Of a DNA stretch of 64,000 bases, positions 47,451-55,980 are shown piece after piece (within the stretch, counting starts at the first letter, position 1; the number at the start of each line of letters is the position of its first letter). The stretch spans positions 1,152,001 to 1,216,000 of the forward strand of contig OZ223236.1 of the NCBI GenBank assembly GCA_965140445.1, in the 5' to 3' direction. This stretch comes from Candidatus Ozemobacteraceae bacterium (GTDB lineage Bacteria > Muiribacteriota > Ozemobacteria > Ozemobacterales > Ozemobacteraceae). The position numbers and the translations under genes were made by a program. The notes below the pieces were generated by a model. That model did not search any database. It was not told where the DNA came from and worked only from the letters and a program-made list of their open reading frames with translations.

Positions 47451-47478
47451 TTATCGGCAATATTTGCCCGTAACTTTA
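47451..47478 (-). promoter_or_regulatory. Sigma28 (FliA/SigD)-type promoter of the giant-protein locus
   Basis: TAAAGTTA-N12-GCCGATAA, about 90 nt upstream of the start codon. Confidence 0.7.
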
Positions 47479-47551
47479 GCTATCTGGTTCAATTCTTGAT
47501 AACCATTTTGTGGTGGGCTATTGGCTTATAAAAATCCTTATGATAAAATCC

Positions 47552-48403
47552 ATGGATATGGAAAAGACAAAAATGGAATTCGGAAAGGTAATTTCGGCCG
47601 ACTCTCATCTTTTTAATACTGATGGGAAGATTGGACCTCTTTCTCTGAGAGGAAGAAGTAGCTCTATCATTTCTCTTTTTACTCTTGAAGGTCGTCTTAT
47701 TACAGTTTCCAGCCAGGAAATAGGCTGCGGACCGGATTTTATTGTTTGTGAATCATTGCCTGATAATCAGCTGGAGCTTCCAGAAGACGGTTGGATACTG
47801 GAAGATAGGAAGTTAAAAATTCCCTTTGTAACGCAGTTGGATTTTTCGGAGGCAAAAAAGTTTAATTCATCTGAATTCTCGGTTGTAACAGATTTTCCGG
47901 GGCATTTAGAGCATTTACTCTCCAGAATTCTACGGAATAATCAGGGCGAAGGAGAGGAGCAACTCAGAGCCAGATTAGCTCGTCTCTCGTCGGCCTTGTT
48001 GGCAAGGCAGACCGAATCTGTAGAAATTCCGCTTGTAGACCTGGTTGGTTATGGACAAGGAACTATTCCGACTGGAGATGCTGCAATTTGTGGAATGTTA
48101 TTAACCGCAAGAAGCTTTTCTCTTGGTCAGCGAATAAAAGTAAATTGGTTTAGTCGCTTATCTATGGAACTTAGAAGATTCATTCATCGAACATCTCCTC
48201 ATGGCAAGAATTGGTTAAATTATGCTCTTGAAGGAAGAACCTCAGAGTTGCAAAAGCGTTTTTTCAAAGCAATGGCCGATGATTTTGAGTGTGCAGATGA
48301 GATTGTTGTAAAAAATATGGTTGCTGATCATATTTTTAACGGGCAGGCTTTTATTACTGGTGCTAATTTTGCCCTGGATATGATCAGAGATCGATTCTTC
48401 TAA
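47552..48403 (+). CDS. DUF2877-like protein (divergent)
   Basis: LVGYGQGTIPTGDAAICG resembles the DUF2877 motif G.G.GLTPSGDD..G; start uncertain (47510-47573). Confidence 0.55.
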   Translation: MDMEKTKMEFGKVISADSHLFNTDGKIGPLSLRGRSSSIISLFTLEGRLITVSSQEIGCGPDFIVCESLPDNQLELPEDGWILEDRKLKIPFVTQLDFSEAKKFNSSEFSVVTDFPGHLEHLLSRILRNNQGEGEEQLRARLARLSSALLARQTESVEIPLVDLVGYGQGTIPTGDAAICGMLLTARSFSLGQRIKVNWFSRLSMELRRFIHRTSPHGKNWLNYALEGRTSELQKRFFKAMADDFECADEIVVKNMVADHIFNGQAFITGANFALDMIRDRFF

Positions 48404-48436
48404 AAAAAAAGATCCCGCCGGGACTAGCGGCGGGAT
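48402..48436 (-). terminator. Intrinsic terminator
   Basis: Minus strand ATCCCGCCG-N7-CGGCGGGAT-C-T9. Confidence 0.8.
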
Positions 48437-48464
48437 GCAGAGCAAAGACTATAATAACCAGGGG

Positions 48465-48989
48465 CTAGGCAGGGATTGCGTTAGCCATCATTGGATTATA
48501 TTTAAGGGTGGTTTGAAAAAAGATTTCCTCGGGAGTTCTCAAATTTGGGGATTTTTGCTGCTTCTGAGCATCTTCTGTGTTTGCGCTCTGTGAAGACATT
48601 ACTTTATCAAGCTGCTGAAAGAAGCCTTCGATATCTTTTATCGATTTTTCTTTCATCATGGGGTGACTTTTTAGCTCAGTTTTCAAAGCTCCGATTTCTT
48701 CCGGTGAGAATCTGTCGCCAATATTCTTCAGGAAAGCTTTGCTGTCTGAAGAAATTCCATTTTTGAAAACTTTTGATGCGACTGCTGAAGCGGCTAGAGA
48801 TATTTGATTTTTCCGAGGCATTTCATCTGTCATAGACCAGAACTGATTTAAAAGATCATCCTGCTGAAGCTCACTGTGCTTCATTTTTTTGCCTTCATTG
48901 TCAAAGCTTAAAGCTTTTGATTGGCGGTTCGCAGAATTTGGCCTCTGGGCATTGTTAAAAAGGCTCTGATTAAAACTTCCTACATTCAT
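48465..48989 (-). CDS. Hypothetical protein (174 aa)
   Basis: Start moved to MNVGSF behind AGGAGG; own promoter and terminator. Confidence 0.7.
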   Translation of the reverse strand: MNVGSFNQSLFNNAQRPNSANRQSKALSFDNEGKKMKHSELQQDDLLNQFWSMTDEMPRKNQISLAASAVASKVFKNGISSDSKAFLKNIGDRFSPEEIGALKTELKSHPMMKEKSIKDIEGFFQQLDKVMSSQSANTEDAQKQQKSPNLRTPEEIFFQTTLKYNPMMANAIPA

Positions 48990-49020
48990 GGTTTGCCTCC
49001 TGATTTCTATTCTTCGATAG

Positions 49021-49048
49021 TTATCGGAAGGTTGCCCCACATGCATTA
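49021..49048 (-). promoter_or_regulatory. Sigma28-type promoter
   Basis: TAAT-N16-TCCGATAA, about 30 nt upstream of ATG 48989. Confidence 0.55.
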
Positions 49049-49056
49049 GAGTTTTT

Positions 49057-49947
49057 TTAATTTTTCTTAAAAATCTTTTTCATTCTGACAATATTGCCAG
49101 AACCCAGATACTCAAATTCATCGAACTGGAGCTGAGTTAGAAGCACTCCTCTGCCGTGTGTGCTTAACAAATTCTCTGGGTCAGTTGGATCGGGAAGATT
49201 TTTAAAATCAAAACCATTTCCCTCGTCTTTTATCAGCCATTCACAAGAATTTTCATCTCGTTTAAAAGAAACATTTACAGTTCGAGCTTTAATCCTTGGA
49301 GAATTCCTGCGCTCTTCAATTAGCTCAAGATAAGCCCTTAAATCGCCTTCCTGGGCGATGGTCTTTTCATCATACGTGATTTCAAGATTTCCATGTTCAA
49401 TGGCATTGGTCAGCATTTCGACCAGGCCAAGATAGATTCCTAACCTTGCTTCACCAGAAACAGCGCCTTCAGTTTCCTGCATTAATCTGTCAGCTATTTT
49501 TCCAACCAATTCAAGTCGGTTTTCAAATTGCATTTCAAGTTCCCGGCGCTTAATCATTCCAAGAACTTCTCTTTGCTGAGTTCTCTGATGAAGAATTGTG
49601 GAATACTTTTTCATCAATGCAACAATGTCGGATTTGGTGAAAGGTTTGCCTATATAATCGTTTGCCCTTCGACGCAGAGCTTTAAGGGTATATTCCGCAG
49701 CATCCATAGAAGTGGTGATTACTACGACGGTGTTATTGTCTTCTTTTCTTATTTTTTCAAGAAGCTCAAGCCCATTCATTCTTGGCATGTTGATGTCAGA
49801 AAGAATTATATCGGGCTTTTCTTCTTTGTAGATTTTGTAAGCTTCGACTCCGTCTTCGGCGTCAAAAATTCCGTATCCCTCTTTGGAAAGAAATCTTCTT
49901 ATAAGTTGCCTGATATGGGCTTCATCGTCGACGATTAAAACTTTCAT
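49057..49947 (-). CDS. Response regulator fused to RsbW-like HATPase (Ser kinase) domain
   Basis: REC: VLIVDDE, SDINMP.MNG, DYIGKP; HATPase: EMLTNAIEHGN, DEGNGFD, GRGV. Confidence 0.88.
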   Translation of the reverse strand: MKVLIVDDEAHIRQLIRRFLSKEGYGIFDAEDGVEAYKIYKEEKPDIILSDINMPRMNGLELLEKIRKEDNNTVVVITTSMDAAEYTLKALRRRANDYIGKPFTKSDIVALMKKYSTILHQRTQQREVLGMIKRRELEMQFENRLELVGKIADRLMQETEGAVSGEARLGIYLGLVEMLTNAIEHGNLEITYDEKTIAQEGDLRAYLELIEERRNSPRIKARTVNVSFKRDENSCEWLIKDEGNGFDFKNLPDPTDPENLLSTHGRGVLLTQLQFDEFEYLGSGNIVRMKKIFKKN

Positions 49948-50009
49948 CCTTGCCTCTGTATTGTTTCTATTTCAAACTATTATAATAGAAATTTACAAAG
50001 ACTCCAAAT

Positions 50010-50045
50010 AAAAAGCACCGTTTAGCATGAACGCTGAACGGTGCT
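50010..50045 (-). terminator. Intrinsic terminator of hisS
   Basis: Minus strand AGCACCGTTCAGC-N6-GCTAAACGGTGCT-TTTT. Confidence 0.7.
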
Positions 50046-50062
50046 CATAAATCAAAAAAAAC

Positions 50063-51409
50063 TTATTTCAATTTTTTTACAGCTTCTTCCAAAGTAAGGG
50101 TTTCCTGTTCACCAGAAGCAAGATTCTTTATGGTGATTTTGCCTTCAGCTGCTTCATCAGCTCCGATAATACCCACGTAGGTTGCTCCAATTGTTTCAGC
50201 ATAACCAATCTGCTTGCCAAGCTTTGGAGTTTCGGGGAATATTTCAACCTTAATTCCAGCTGCTCTAAGGGTATTTGCTGCTTTAACAACTTTTGCCTTT
50301 GGAGCATCCGAGAAGTGGCAAACCAGCAATTGAGGACCAGAAGCAAGCGAGTCAAATTTTCCCAGCTCTTCCAATACTATTACCAGTCGGTCAAAGCCAA
50401 TAGAAAAACCTACCGCAGGAATCTGCTGTCCCTTAAACATACCAATAAGTCCGTCGTATCTTCCGCCACCACCGATACTGCCGTTAAAGTCAGGGATTCT
50501 GATTTCAAAAATTGGTCCGGTGTAGTAACCAAGACCTCTGGCAAGCGTAGCATCAAGAATGAAATGATCTTTTGCCGGGGATTCCAGTAGTAATTCCTGA
50601 AGCTGTGCTAACTGATTTAAGGAGTCTTGCGCGCTTTCATCTTCGCTTAAAATTTGACGAAGTCTTGAAATTTCATCTGCTTCACTTGAGTTTTCAGGGC
50701 GTTGGAGAATCTTTAAAAGCTTTTCAGAGCTTTCAGAGGAAATTCCTCTTTCGCCAAGCTCTTTTAATACCCCGTCCCGTCCAATTTTGTCCATTTTGTC
50801 TACGGCTACAAGAGTTGTCACTTCTGCATCCATAGAAATATCAGCTGCTTTAATAAGACTTTTTAATAACTGTCGGTGATTTATGTGAATTTTAAAATTT
50901 GTAATTCCAAGGCCTCTGAAGACCTCTGCGACTGCGCCGCAAACTTCGGCTTCTGCAATTATTGATTCTGTGCCCGTTATATCTACGTCACACTGAAGAA
51001 ATTCTCTATATCGGCCTTTACCTGGGCGGTCAGCACGCCAGACCGGTTGAATCTGATACCTTTTGAAAAATTTTGGCAGATTCTTACTGTTGGCTATCAG
51101 TCGTGCAAGCGGAACGGTAAGATCATATCTTAACCCAAGATCCGCAAGATCCTTCTCTTCACAATTTTCTTTTTCTAAAGCTCTTGCCAGCTTATCCCTG
51201 CGGTGCAGGATTCTGAACATGAGCTGGTCACCTTCGTCACCATACTTCCCAAGAAGGGTAGTCAAGTTCTCTATTGAGGGTGTCTCTACTGGTACAAAAC
51301 CATATTTCTCGTAGACTTCTTTTATTCTGTCAGCGACATAGTTTCTTTTAGTTAGTTCTTCTGGTAGGAAATCTCGCATACCGCTGGGCGGTGAAGTCTT
51401 TACGGCCAT
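50063..51409 (-). CDS. hisS: Histidine--tRNA ligase
   Basis: GMRDFLP, LRYDLTVPLAR, WRADRP..GRYREF.QCD.D, LARGLGYYTG, GGGRYD, AVGFSIGFDR. Confidence 0.98.
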   Translation of the reverse strand: MAVKTSPPSGMRDFLPEELTKRNYVADRIKEVYEKYGFVPVETPSIENLTTLLGKYGDEGDQLMFRILHRRDKLARALEKENCEEKDLADLGLRYDLTVPLARLIANSKNLPKFFKRYQIQPVWRADRPGKGRYREFLQCDVDITGTESIIAEAEVCGAVAEVFRGLGITNFKIHINHRQLLKSLIKAADISMDAEVTTLVAVDKMDKIGRDGVLKELGERGISSESSEKLLKILQRPENSSEADEISRLRQILSEDESAQDSLNQLAQLQELLLESPAKDHFILDATLARGLGYYTGPIFEIRIPDFNGSIGGGGRYDGLIGMFKGQQIPAVGFSIGFDRLVIVLEELGKFDSLASGPQLLVCHFSDAPKAKVVKAANTLRAAGIKVEIFPETPKLGKQIGYAETIGATYVGIIGADEAAEGKITIKNLASGEQETLTLEEAVKKLK

Positions 51410-51415
51410 TTTGTT

Positions 51416-51550
51416 TTATCTTCCTCGAATTAGATGTGCTCCATCGTCACGTCTGAAGCTGTTAGTTGATAACAGAGCTTGGGGAAGATTGTCAATCATG
51501 CCATGCATTCCGTCGAGACCGATATTGCATTGATTCTTAGTTGTATTCAT
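51416..51550 (-). CDS. Small ORF (44 aa) immediately upstream of hisS
   Basis: Manual translation MNTTKNQCNIGLDGMHGMIDNLPQALLSTNSFRRDDGAHLIRGR*; GGAGG 7 nt before ATG; stop 6 nt before hisS ATG. Confidence 0.55.
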   Translation of the reverse strand: MNTTKNQCNIGLDGMHGMIDNLPQALLSTNSFRRDDGAHLIRGR

Positions 51551-51617
51551 AGGTTTTCCTCCGATAAAGCTTATTAATTCTATATATCGGAAAAATTGTA
51601 ATAACTTCGAAGTAATA

Positions 51618-52439
51618 TCAGTTTTTGAATTTTTTTATTTTGGCTAAAATTGTTCTGACTATTTTAAAGCCAACCAGACTTGAAATGAAACCAAAGCTAC
51701 TCATTAGTGCCATTGGCATCCAAAGTTTAAAGCTAAATTGCTTATCTAGGTCTGTGTAAAGCGTGAATTCTTGTGGTTTTGGGGGGATCAGATCGCCGTT
51801 TTCAAATTCAATTACTGCAAGAGTCTGATCATCACCATCATAGTTTGATCTAACTGTGCGCAAATACCTTTTAAAAGTGTCTTGATCTGATCCTGTTGGG
51901 GGGATATTGCGCAAAAAAGCCTTACGGTTAGTTCCCAGAACTATTCCCTCTGAACCAATTATCAGGCGACTACCAATTTCAATTTTGCCTGCCGAGTAGA
52001 AAGTTACTGATGAATCGCAACTTCTTAATTTATGCGGACCGGAAATTCGATCGTTTTCCCAGAATGCTGAAATTGTGCTGCCCTCATTTTGAATTGCAGC
52101 GTAAGCGTTACCTGTAGAAATTCCAGAAATTAGATTGCCAATTGCCCAGAATGCACATATTTCAACTCCGGAACCTGAGTATTTTTGCTCATCCTTTAAC
52201 TTTTGAATTGATCTATCAAGGGCATCTTTGAGGCATTGGCAGGCATAATCCGGTTCAATATTTCCTACATACTCACGAATGATTTGATTCATCATCTGGC
52301 ATATGGTTTTAGCAAGAGCTAGACCTTCAGTGCCTTTTCCATCTGCTAAAATGAAAAGACGCAAACCAGGATTACTGTAAAAGTAGTCCTGGTTTTTATC
52401 TCTTATGGTGCCTGTTTCTGATAGGGCAAATGATTTCAC
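51618..52439 (-). CDS. PP2C/PPM phosphatase-like protein (degenerate) with C-terminal TM
   Basis: SETG.IR.KNQD, LFILADG.G; later motifs altered (TGNA for VGDS, GSEG for CSDG, DDQT for DNIT). Confidence 0.7.
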   Translation of the reverse strand: MKSFALSETGTIRDKNQDYFYSNPGLRLFILADGKGTEGLALAKTICQMMNQIIREYVGNIEPDYACQCLKDALDRSIQKLKDEQKYSGSGVEICAFWAIGNLISGISTGNAYAAIQNEGSTISAFWENDRISGPHKLRSCDSSVTFYSAGKIEIGSRLIIGSEGIVLGTNRKAFLRNIPPTGSDQDTFKRYLRTVRSNYDGDDQTLAVIEFENGDLIPPKPQEFTLYTDLDKQFSFKLWMPMALMSSFGFISSLVGFKIVRTILAKIKKFKN

Positions 52440-52441
52440 TA

Positions 52442-55400
52442 TTAGATTCCCGCTGGAGCCTTATGATCTAATAGTCTTTTGTGAGCATTTATGAGCTGCT
52501 GAAGTTTTTCTACTACATCAAGTAGACCTTTTGAGCGTAATCCGGGGATAAGTCCTTCAGCAAAACTCAGTTTGACTTTTGGGTGAGACGGTTCAACGTA
52601 GCCAACCCCACGATCATCGCCAAGAACCCAATAGGTTAGTCTATCGCAATATGGTACCCAATGAGCAAAGTCTCCGAAGTCTGAATAAGCATTCAAGCGC
52701 GGAATCACTATTTGAGGCACATATTCCACCTGGTTCGCAGCATTGATGTAGATGCGCTCATTTTCTGGAACAATAGGGGCTATTTTCAGATTTGGCAAAG
52801 TAACTTTAAATCTGGCTTTTCCAAAGTGATTCAAAGCTATTTTTTCGCCAAGCGCAGTCCATTTCGAACCTATGTCACGTAGTTCCTGGGAGTAGGTAAA
52901 CAAAGCTTTCTGGAATATTTCATTCGTTTTCAACTCTGGCATTGCATTTTCAAGTGCCATAAAGTGAGAATGGTTAAACAATACGCCAAGCATGAATCCC
53001 AAGCCGTTATTTAAGAAATGACGTCGGGTAAGCTGAGTGGCGGCCTTGCTTCGATCAAGCTGGAGCCTGTCTGAAATTAGCCATTCTGTAGCTTGTCTGG
53101 CTGTTTCCAAGGCTTCACTTGAATTCCAGAGTTCAGATTGTTCGCTGAATTCCCATGGTTTGAATCTTTCTGGATAAGCGTTTTCAATTACCTGGTAGAG
53201 ATTTTGATTGAAGAGATCGAGTAGCTTCGAAAGACCATTTAAGTGAAATTCTCTTATTGAAATTCGCTTTGGCACTTCCTCAATTGGTAGTCCAAGTCTT
53301 TCTTCGACAAGCCATTTGGTTGCCGCCTTTGCTGTTTCAAATCTATCTTCATGGAACCATATCAATGGCTCTTCTTCAACGAACTGCCATTGCTTGAAAA
53401 CATCTGGATAAACAATGTTAACCAGCTTAAATGCCGAATCATCAAAGTGCGAAAGCAACTCATAAAGATTGTTATCTTTGAAAACTTGCCTGTTGAGTAG
53501 ATTTGGTAAATCGCCTCTGCTACAACCAAGTCGTTCTGACATCAGCCACTCGAGAGCATCTCTTGCGCAGAAAGCTAACTCATTTTTTTCAAGCCACTTT
53601 TCTGTTTCCCCAAATTGCCATGCTCTGAATTTTCCTGGAAGTACTAGTTCCACCATGTTAAACAGGCTCTGGTCAGCCCACATGTAAACTTGCTCAAGTC
53701 CAGCGTTTCTTACGAAGTCTTCATTGAAATTATCTGGAATATCGTCTGCTTTTTTTATTCTATTTTTCAGGCGTTCGAGAGCAAGTCTGACAGAGGCTTT
53801 AGCCCATAGCTCAGCAGCTGCTTCATCCTGGAAGATAAAGGCTGGAATTTCACCATTTTTATCCAGAATGGTTTCGATTATGTTCTTAATATCGTCATCT
53901 TCCAGCTCCTCAGGGCAGGCGCCGTAATAAGCCTGGAATCCTTCTTTGGTGCGCTCAAAACCTTTCATCTGCATTAGCTCTTTTATCTGCAGAGAAGGCA
54001 GATGCAATCTTTCGCCAAGCTTTTCGTCAGAAAAGAACAGGTATTCGCGCTCAAGATTAGAGATGATTGTTCTGATTACCGGGTCGTTCAAATCCAGGCC
54101 GTTGTTTCTGTTTTGTTGCGGCTGAGGCTGTGTGGGAGCTGGTTGAGAAGAAGTGCCCTCAATTCCTTGCGGAACAGATCCAGGTGCTGCTGCTACCTGC
54201 TGAATGACTGGCATGATCATATTATTTGAGTTAAAAAGGCCGCTGAGTGGAACTCTTTTTTCTTCGTCATCTGAAGGTGTTACATACAGAACTTCTTCAA
54301 GTGTGGACTCTCCTGCAAAAGCTCTTTCAATTGCCATTTCTCTGAGTGTTCTCATGCCTTCAAGTCTGGCAACTCTTTTAATAGCAGTTTCTGTGCCGCC
54401 CTCAATAACAACGTCCTTTAATGAGCCGCTCATTACAAGAGTTTCGTAGACGCCAATTCGGCCAAAAGTTCCGGTTTGGTTGCATTCTTTACAGCCAACC
54501 CCATGATAGAATTTTGTGCCTATCATCTTTGATGGCGGCAGTTTAAGTCTCTGGAATACGCTTTGAGCAGGTCTATATTCCTCTTTACATGCGGGGCAGA
54601 TTCTATGCAGAAGCTTTTGCGCCACAACTGCCCTCATGGCGGCGGTTACAAGATAAGCTGGAACACCCATGTTTATAAGGCGGTTGATACTGGCTGAGGC
54701 GTTGTTCGTATGAAGTGTTGAAAGAACCTTATGACCAGTTAGAGATGCTCTAAAAGCAATCTCTGCGGTTTCAAGATCGCGAACCTCACCAACCAGAATG
54801 ATGTCTGGATCTTGACGCAATGCCGATCTTAGTCCGCTGGTAAAGTCCAGTCCGATTTTATCGTTGATTTGAACCTGGGTAATGCCATTGATTCGATATT
54901 CAACCGGATTTTCAATGGTGAAAATATTAATTTCGCTGCTGTTGAAGTATTTGAGCATCCCAAACAGGGTAGTGGTTTTACCAGCTCCTGTTGGTCCTGT
55001 TACCAGAACCAGTCCATAAGGTTCGTCAAGAGCAGCTTTTAATCTACTTAAATCATCCGGCATGAATCCAAGATTATCCAGATCATATTTTGCTTCACGC
55101 TGGAGTAAGCGGAGAACGGCTTTTTCACCTAAAAGGCTCGGAACAGTGCTGACACGGAAATCAACTTCCGTTTCCTGCATTCTTACCTTCAAACGACCAT
55201 CCTGAGGGAGTCGGCGTTCAGCAATGTCAAGATGAGCAAGAATCTTTATGCGGCTGATAAGAGGGCTCAACAAGCTTCTTGGGCCAGTCATTGCATCATG
55301 CAAAATTCCATCAACCCTGAATCTAATCAAGAGAATGTCTTCTCTTGGCTCAACGTGAATATCGGAAGCTCTTTTCAGAATCGCCTGTTTAAAAATGGCA

Positions 55401-55957
55401 TTCAAAAATTGAACTACTGCGCCCTGCTCAGAAGTCTTTCGGACTATTTCAACTCCAGCATCTGGCGCGTCTGTTGTACTGAGTAAATTTTCTTCTCCAC
55501 CTACCGAGAACTCTTCCCAGGAATATAATTGCCTTACCGCAAGTTCGATCTGGTTTTTGGGAGCAATCATGACCTCAAGTTTGCATTGAGTCAAAAAAGC
55601 GACCATATCGGTTGCCATAATGTCAAAAGGATCGGCCATTACAACAGTTAGTTTGTTTCCCTCTTTTTTGTAAGGGATCATCTTGTATTGCTTGGCCTGA
55701 TATTCTGGGATAAAAGAGAGGATCTTGGCGTCAACCTTAATGTTTGTTAAATCTACGACCTGGACTCCTAAAAATTCTGACCATAGTTCAAGCACCTGCT
55801 TTTCGGAGACAAAACCAAGGCGAATCATTATGCTCTCAAGTTTTTCGAGAGTTTGAGCCTGTATATTTTTGGCTTTTTCCAATTGGTCTTCAGATAAAAG
55901 ACCTTTTTCAACCATCAGGCCTTCAACTGTTTGCTTTGTACTTTGAATGTTGTTCAT
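52442..55957 (-). CDS. GspE/PilB family ATPase fused to a ~550-aa C-terminal repeat region (DUF4046-like)
   Basis: ASDIHVEP, RLPQDGR, GPTGAGKTTT, LRQDPDIILVGEVRD, TGH.VLSTLH, CPAC/CKEC; C-terminal repeats W L..ERL ... YP..FK.W.F. Confidence 0.88.
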   Translation of the reverse strand: MNNIQSTKQTVEGLMVEKGLLSEDQLEKAKNIQAQTLEKLESIMIRLGFVSEKQVLELWSEFLGVQVVDLTNIKVDAKILSFIPEYQAKQYKMIPYKKEGNKLTVVMADPFDIMATDMVAFLTQCKLEVMIAPKNQIELAVRQLYSWEEFSVGGEENLLSTTDAPDAGVEIVRKTSEQGAVVQFLNAIFKQAILKRASDIHVEPREDILLIRFRVDGILHDAMTGPRSLLSPLISRIKILAHLDIAERRLPQDGRLKVRMQETEVDFRVSTVPSLLGEKAVLRLLQREAKYDLDNLGFMPDDLSRLKAALDEPYGLVLVTGPTGAGKTTTLFGMLKYFNSSEINIFTIENPVEYRINGITQVQINDKIGLDFTSGLRSALRQDPDIILVGEVRDLETAEIAFRASLTGHKVLSTLHTNNASASINRLINMGVPAYLVTAAMRAVVAQKLLHRICPACKEEYRPAQSVFQRLKLPPSKMIGTKFYHGVGCKECNQTGTFGRIGVYETLVMSGSLKDVVIEGGTETAIKRVARLEGMRTLREMAIERAFAGESTLEEVLYVTPSDDEEKRVPLSGLFNSNNMIMPVIQQVAAAPGSVPQGIEGTSSQPAPTQPQPQQNRNNGLDLNDPVIRTIISNLEREYLFFSDEKLGERLHLPSLQIKELMQMKGFERTKEGFQAYYGACPEELEDDDIKNIIETILDKNGEIPAFIFQDEAAAELWAKASVRLALERLKNRIKKADDIPDNFNEDFVRNAGLEQVYMWADQSLFNMVELVLPGKFRAWQFGETEKWLEKNELAFCARDALEWLMSERLGCSRGDLPNLLNRQVFKDNNLYELLSHFDDSAFKLVNIVYPDVFKQWQFVEEEPLIWFHEDRFETAKAATKWLVEERLGLPIEEVPKRISIREFHLNGLSKLLDLFNQNLYQVIENAYPERFKPWEFSEQSELWNSSEALETARQATEWLISDRLQLDRSKAATQLTRRHFLNNGLGFMLGVLFNHSHFMALENAMPELKTNEIFQKALFTYSQELRDIGSKWTALGEKIALNHFGKARFKVTLPNLKIAPIVPENERIYINAANQVEYVPQIVIPRLNAYSDFGDFAHWVPYCDRLTYWVLGDDRGVGYVEPSHPKVKLSFAEGLIPGLRSKGLLDVVEKLQQLINAHKRLLDHKAPAGI

Positions 55958-55980
55958 CTAGACCTCCGGGAATTTAACCT

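Noticed and set aside
51410..51617. T-box or His-codon attenuator upstream of hisS
   Set aside because: No T-box sequence (TGGTACC-like), no His run and no terminator hairpin before hisS
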